From a virus, in the IMG/VR virus record IMGVR_UViG_3300021086_000003, positions 1-29,397 of that record: a stretch of 29,397 bases of DNA; one strand, given 5' to 3'. A program made the translations under genes and the position numbers. Below, in pieces: positions 25,016 through 29,397 of the stretch; positions within the stretch are counted from its first letter, which is position 1; every line of letters starts with the position of its first letter. Below the pieces are notes generated by a model that worked only from the letters and a program-made list of their open reading frames with translations, did no database searches and was not told where the DNA came from.

Positions 25016-25111
25016 CGCGGGCTCCTTCGGGTGAGTGGGCTTCGTGGTGGAAGGCTGGTTGTTGCCTCCCCGTCAGCCTGGCTGATGCGGGGGGGCAACT
25101 GTTCTCGGCTG

Positions 25112-25141
25112 ACCGTAGAACTCTTCGACCAGCCATGTCAA
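25112..25141 (-). promoter_or_regulatory. Leftward sigma70-type promoter
   Basis: TTGACA-18bp-TACGGT on the minus strand. Confidence 0.75.
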
Positions 25142-25159
25142 CCCCCAGCATCGAGGTTC

Positions 25160-25188
25160 TTGCGAAACCCCCCACAACAGGCCATGAT
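25160..25188 (+). promoter_or_regulatory. Rightward promoter for a leaderless regulator transcript
   Basis: TTGCGA-17bp-CATGAT, 6 nt before ATG 25195, no RBS. Confidence 0.6.
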
Positions 25189-25194
25189 GTGGCC

Positions 25195-26049
25195 ATGGAG
25201 CCGGAGATCGAGGAGGTCATGGCGATCAGTGACGTCGCCGAGCGGGTCCGCCAGGCACACGCGATGGTGGGGCGCCACCAGTCGCTGTCCAACGAGGCGG
25301 CGCGTATCAGACGTGAGGGCATTGACGAGTTGACCCAGGGCGGCATGACCCAGACGGCATTGGGTGAGATGCTTGGCCTGAGCCGATCCCGGATCAGCCG
25401 GCTGATATCCACCGCGCCACAGGTCGAACGGGCGTTGCTCGGCACCGGGCCGATGACCATCGCCATTGGCGGCAAGTACGAGGCCGGCAAGAAGCGGCCG
25501 GGCGTGGTCGTGTCAGAGCCCGCCAGCAAAGCTGGTGCCTTGCTGATTGGCATGTGCAACGAATACGGCCTGGGCGTCGCCTCCTCGTTCGGCACCTATG
25601 AGGTCGTGCCTCCGCCTGGCACGGTGCGGGTGAACCGAGATGACCTGATAGTGCTTGGCAGTCCCCGGATTCTGCCCCTGCTAGAACAGATAATGGGATC
25701 GGACGACCATTACCGATTCGAGCACAACAAAAGAGGCCGATGGCACTTGGTAAGCATCGCTGATGATGTCGAGCACTTGTCTCCTGCCGACTCTGGTGAC
25801 CCTGTTGACTACGCCTACATTGGTCGACTTCCTCGGCCCGATGGGCATGGGACCTTCTTGTACCTGGCCGGCATCCACGCTGAGGGCACTCTCGGTGCCG
25901 CCACATTCTTGAGCCAGAACATCATCGAGTTGTACCGCGAGGTCAAAACGCGCCGCTGGTCAACGCTGATCTCTTGCCACTATGACCCCCTGACCCGCGA
26001 TGTCGTTTCCACGGAACGAATCGCCCCGATCCGCTCCACCCGGGCGTAG
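25195..26049 (+). CDS. HTH transcriptional regulator (probable repressor) with uncharacterised C-terminal alpha/beta domain
   Basis: GMTQTALGEMLGLSRSRISRLIS HTH; DLIVLGSPR, DYAYIGRLPRPDG, LAGIHAEGTLGAA motifs; divergent position. Confidence 0.8.
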   Translation: MEPEIEEVMAISDVAERVRQAHAMVGRHQSLSNEAARIRREGIDELTQGGMTQTALGEMLGLSRSRISRLISTAPQVERALLGTGPMTIAIGGKYEAGKKRPGVVVSEPASKAGALLIGMCNEYGLGVASSFGTYEVVPPPGTVRVNRDDLIVLGSPRILPLLEQIMGSDDHYRFEHNKRGRWHLVSIADDVEHLSPADSGDPVDYAYIGRLPRPDGHGTFLYLAGIHAEGTLGAATFLSQNIIELYREVKTRRWSTLISCHYDPLTRDVVSTERIAPIRSTRA

Positions 26050-26060
26050 GGGGACATCGC

Positions 26061-26924
26061 ATGTACTTCGCTGGAGCGACACTGCCAGGCACGTCGACCA
26101 GTCCCAATGAGGACTGGCTGGCGGTAACGCCTGACCTAGTGGTGGTGCTGGACGGCGCTACAGTGCGCACCGATACGGGGTGCCGCCACGATGTCTCGTG
26201 GTATGCCCGCCATCTCGGGCCCGCCCTCATCGCCAATGCCACCCAGGGCATCGGCTTGCCGTCAGTGCTGGCGGGTGCCATCGCTCACGTAGCTCGACTG
26301 CACCCGGACTGCGACCTCGAACACGCCGGCACGCCATCCGCTGCGGTGGCTATCGTGCGCGATGAAGGGACCGTTGTGCGCTACCTCGTCCTCGGCGATA
26401 TCTCGGTGGTTTTCGACACGGGCGACGTCGAGCCGCTGGTGGTCAGCGACAACCGCGTCAGCCACACGGCGGCCAGCGAACGCGCCGAGGCCGATCAGTG
26501 GCTCATTGGGTCGCCGGAGAAACGCGCCGCACTGCTCCGTATGAAGCACGGCGAACTGGCCGCGCGCAACCGGCCGGGCGGGTACTGGATCGCGGCATCC
26601 GATCCCGGTGCAGCGCATCACGCACTGGTCGGGTCGGTGCCCAAGGAGTCATTGCGACAGCTCGCCGTGTTGAGCGACGGCGCCGCCCGCGGGGTGGCCC
26701 TGTTCGACCTGCACACATGGCGGGGCGCCCTGGATGTGCTCGAACAGGCTGGCCCGCAGGCGGTCTTGTGGATGGTGCGTGACGCCGAGTCGCGTGACCC
26801 GCTCGGGTTGCTGTATCCCCGCAACAAGGCCGTTGACGACGCCACCGTGGTCTATGGCCACGTCGGTTGCCGCCAGCCCTCCTTGGGCCACTCAGTCCCG
26901 CGGGCAGCGGTGGTGCCTCGGTGA
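26061..26924 (+). CDS. PP2C-like (PPM-type) phosphatase
   Basis: NEDW, VVLDGAT, LGDI, VLSDGA, KAVDDAT metal-binding Asp motifs. Confidence 0.88.
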   Translation: MYFAGATLPGTSTSPNEDWLAVTPDLVVVLDGATVRTDTGCRHDVSWYARHLGPALIANATQGIGLPSVLAGAIAHVARLHPDCDLEHAGTPSAAVAIVRDEGTVVRYLVLGDISVVFDTGDVEPLVVSDNRVSHTAASERAEADQWLIGSPEKRAALLRMKHGELAARNRPGGYWIAASDPGAAHHALVGSVPKESLRQLAVLSDGAARGVALFDLHTWRGALDVLEQAGPQAVLWMVRDAESRDPLGLLYPRNKAVDDATVVYGHVGCRQPSLGHSVPRAAVVPR

Positions 26925-27490
26925 CCTCCATCGCGACCTACCACATTCGCCACGCGACCTCTGACGACACCAACGACGTCATCGGACTCCGGGTCCACGC
27001 GGAGACCTGGCTTCGGCAGGCCGGCATCGAACAGTGGACCGTCCGCGCCACCGGTGAACGAAACATTCGGCACAGCATCGAATCCGACACGGCGTACGTC
27101 ATCACCACCGTCACGGGCGAGGTCGTCGGCAGTCTCACCTTGGACGCAGCCGACCCGGCCTTCTGGACACCATCGGAAGTCGCGGACCCCGCCCTGTACC
27201 TCTACAAGTTCATGATCCTGACTCGGTGGCGGGGGACCGGGTTGGGTGACGTCTTGCTGGACTGGTGCTGTGCCCGTGCCGAGATGAGCGGCGCGCTGTA
27301 CCTGCGCTTGGACTGCTGGCGCACGAACGCCGGCCTGCACCGCTACTACCGTGACCGGGGGTTTCGGTGGGTTGACATGCGTTACGCGCCTGGCCGGCAG
27401 TCTGGGGCCCTGTTCGAACGGGCCGCAGGGGTTCGCACCGCTGCGCCCGACGGCATGCCTCGCTTGATTGACGCCACGTGGGACGGCTAG
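26921..27490 (+). CDS. GNAT family N-acetyltransferase
   Basis: GTG 26921 overlaps upstream stop; WRGTGLG acetyl-CoA motif, LRLDCWRTNAGLHRYYRDRGF. Confidence 0.92.
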   Translation: MTSIATYHIRHATSDDTNDVIGLRVHAETWLRQAGIEQWTVRATGERNIRHSIESDTAYVITTVTGEVVGSLTLDAADPAFWTPSEVADPALYLYKFMILTRWRGTGLGDVLLDWCCARAEMSGALYLRLDCWRTNAGLHRYYRDRGFRWVDMRYAPGRQSGALFERAAGVRTAAPDGMPRLIDATWDG

Positions 27491-27751
27491 CTACCTAGCC
27501 AGAGAGTTACACCCGTTCACCGACAAACCATCGACCAGATAGACCAGCGACACGTAGCCCAAGGGGTTGCTTCGGGAGGTGTGCACCCGCAAGGATTGAA
27601 CGACAAGGTCCACCCCAGAGACGGGTTCGGGCCAGGAGTGTAAGCCCCTGGCCCGGCGAACGCCCGCACCCACGCGAACGCGTTGTGCTGCCTAGTGTAC
27701 CCGGCTAACGCCGCAAAACACTAGCCCGCGCACCGTGTTGAGGAGACACGT

Positions 27752-28060
27752 ATGCGTGAACTGACTCACCCCTTAGTAGACCTCGGCTCCCGGTGGGCCG
27801 AATGCGTCCGCACCCCCGAGGGCTACACCACCTGGCCACTGGACGGCCTCATCAACGAGATCATCACCGGCTCGGGGATGACCGAGTTCGCCCAGGGCAT
27901 CGCAGTGATCCTCGGCTCGTACGCCGCCGAAGGGTCCGGCCTGGTGCCGGTGGGGATGCTCGCCGACAACTACCCCGGCCTGCGGGGCCAGCTCGACAGC
28001 GCCCTGCAAGAACTCGCGGACTACGGGTACATCGGCCTGGTCGGAGGTGACCCCGAATGA
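27752..28060 (+). CDS. Hypothetical protein, winged-helix-like
   Basis: GAGGAG RBS; C-terminal ALQELADYGYI. Confidence 0.7.
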   Translation: MRELTHPLVDLGSRWAECVRTPEGYTTWPLDGLINEIITGSGMTEFAQGIAVILGSYAAEGSGLVPVGMLADNYPGLRGQLDSALQELADYGYIGLVGGDPE

Positions 28061-28371
28061 CCGACAACACCCCGCTCACGGTGGAGGTCGCCGACCCGGC
28101 CGGATGGATGCCGCACGCCCCGTACCTGTACGTGGGCCACACCTACAGCGCCGCCGAAGCCCTCGCCATGGCCGTGGCCCGGGACACCTGCCTCAGCCTC
28201 TCGGCGGTCGGCACCGCCTGCGTGGTGGCGTCCTACATCGCCGACGCGCACCGGCACATCACCGTGGCCATGATCGGGGAGCGGTGCACCGACACCGACG
28301 CCACGATCGCGGACTGCTTGCGGGAACTCGCCGGCCGCGGGTACGTGACCTTGTTGGCTGGTGCGGGGTGA
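28057..28371 (+). CDS. Hypothetical protein, winged-helix-like
   Basis: ATGA coupling; C-terminal CLRELAGRGYV. Confidence 0.7.
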   Translation: MTDNTPLTVEVADPAGWMPHAPYLYVGHTYSAAEALAMAVARDTCLSLSAVGTACVVASYIADAHRHITVAMIGERCTDTDATIADCLRELAGRGYVTLLAGAG

Positions 28372-29397
28372 GCCTGGACGCGATGGTATGGGCACTCAAA
28401 GACGCCCCAACCATTGACACATACGAGTTGGCGGTTCTGGTGGTGCTCGCCGAAACGGCTGACGACGACGGCTGTGGTGCGTTCCTGTCTGTGGCGAGCA
28501 CGGCCCAGCTCGCGAAGTGCAGCAAGCGCCAAGTGGTGCGGATCATCCAGGATCTGATGAGCAGAGGGTTGCTGGCAGTGGGGAATCAGGACGCCGCGAA
28601 GTACCTGGACCCACGGTACCGCCCGGTCGTTTATGACCTACTGATCCCATACGGATGGTTCCCGAGCATCGACCGGATCAGCAGGTACCGCAGCCGCAAG
28701 GGTCGAGCACCGATAACTCCGGATGACCGGCCAGAGATCCCCTTGCCCCCGGACCGCCCCCGGCGGTCCGACTTCGGCAAGCCGAAGCCACGCCGGCCAG
28801 GACAGGCCCCACCAGTCAGCGAGTCCGCCGAAGGCGCCGCGCAACAGCACGATGGACCGCAGGTCAGTGAGGGTGGACTGCTAGTCACCCCTGAAATTCA
28901 GGATCCAGGGGTGACTAGCAGTACCGCCAGGGGTGACTACGACATCACTTCAGGGGTGACTAGCAGTCACCCAAACCAAAAGTTCTTAAACCAAAGAGAT
29001 AAACCAACCAACCAGGGCCCCCCTAGCCCAGCGCCGGTTGGTTCAACAGCTGGCTGGTTGGTTGGAGATCCACCATCAACCGACACGCCCGGCTCCCTGT
29101 TCCTGGCGTTGTTGCCTGTCCGATACATGCCAGCCCAACACGCTGTCGCCCGCTTGGCACCCAAGATCGACGTGTTGCTGGACGGCGGCTGGACGTCAAG
29201 CGAGTTGCTGCACCGGTTGACGGACGGCACGCGCGACGTGGGCAACCCGGTCGGGGTCTTGATTCGGCGGCTGGACGGGTTGTTGCCGCGCCCGGCCGCA
29301 AGACCGCGCCCTGGCCGGTTTACGCCGGACCAGGCGGAAGCCGAAGTGTCCCGGCTCGCTGGTTGTAGCCAGACCGGCGCGGAGAAGGCGGCGAAAC
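28368..29397 (+). CDS. HTH replication initiator (RepA/lambda O-like), 3' truncated
   Basis: Absent from the ORF track because it has no stop in the window; VSLDAMVWALKDAP...LAVLVVLAETADDDGCGAFLSVASTAQLAKCSKRQVVRIIQDLMSRGLL...RYRPVVYDL; frame read as open to the window end. Confidence 0.85.
   Translation, partial: MSLDAMVWALKDAPTIDTYELAVLVVLAETADDDGCGAFLSVASTAQLAKCSKRQVVRIIQDLMSRGLLAVGNQDAAKYLDPRYRPVVYDLLIPYGWFPSIDRISRYRSRKGRAPITPDDRPEIPLPPDRPRRSDFGKPKPRRPGQAPPVSESAEGAAQQHDGPQVSEGGLLVTPEIQDPGVTSSTARGDYDITSGVTSSHPNQKFLNQRDKPTNQGPPSPAPVGSTAGWLVGDPPSTDTPGSLFLALLPVRYMPAQHAVARLAPKIDVLLDGGWTSSELLHRLTDGTRDVGNPVGVLIRRLDGLLPRPAARPRPGRFTPDQAEAEVSRLAGCSQTGAEKAAK
28877..29012. repeat. Iterons plus AT-rich tract, probable replication origin
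   Basis: CAGGGGTGACTA at 28906, 28928, 28951 and inverted at 28882-28893; A-rich AAACCAAAAGTTCTTAAACCAAAGAGATAAA follows. Confidence 0.8.

Larger units (their letters stand above)
1..29397. mobile_element. Actinobacterial prophage / phage-plasmid with TraB conjugation module
   Basis: Tail, lysis, WhiB, MazG, repressor and Rep genes with TraB/Spd module; no host housekeeping genes seen. Confidence 0.85.

Noticed and set aside
24834-25595. Upstream part of the 365-aa minus ORF
   Set aside because: Crosses the promoter region and is antisense to the regulator; the RBS-supported start is 24833
27620-27665. Hairpin GGGCCAGG-AGTGTAAGCC-CCTGGCCC upstream of the rep operon as a regulatory RNA
   Set aside because: A single 8-bp stem that cannot be distinguished from a terminator or chance without homologs

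Overview
High-GC actinobacterial temperate phage/prophage segment that also carries a TraB (FtsK/SpoIIIE)-type conjugative transfer module, i.e. a probable phage-plasmid/AICE hybrid. Plus strand 1-11.4 kb: end of a probable tape measure gene, minor tail genes, a GH43-like lipoprotein, three membrane proteins, a single-HKD phospholipase D-family gene, a GH25-like endolysin, a tRNA-like cloverleaf with a candidate promoter of its own, and two paralogous fiber-like proteins ending at a terminator. 11.6-12.9 kb: two HTH genes, each behind a near-identical 30-bp promoter/operator element. Minus strand 13-25 kb: one long leftward gene block with small early genes, MazG-like and WhiB genes, Spd-like membrane genes, a dense CGGTTG repeat field (candidate clt), TraB and a lytic transglycosylase. 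From 25.1 kb: divergent promoters, an HTH regulator-PP2C-GNAT operon, and a truncated HTH replication initiator with internal iterons and an AT-rich tract (probable origin). No integrase is visible in the window. All product calls rest on motif recognition by eye; no database search was run.
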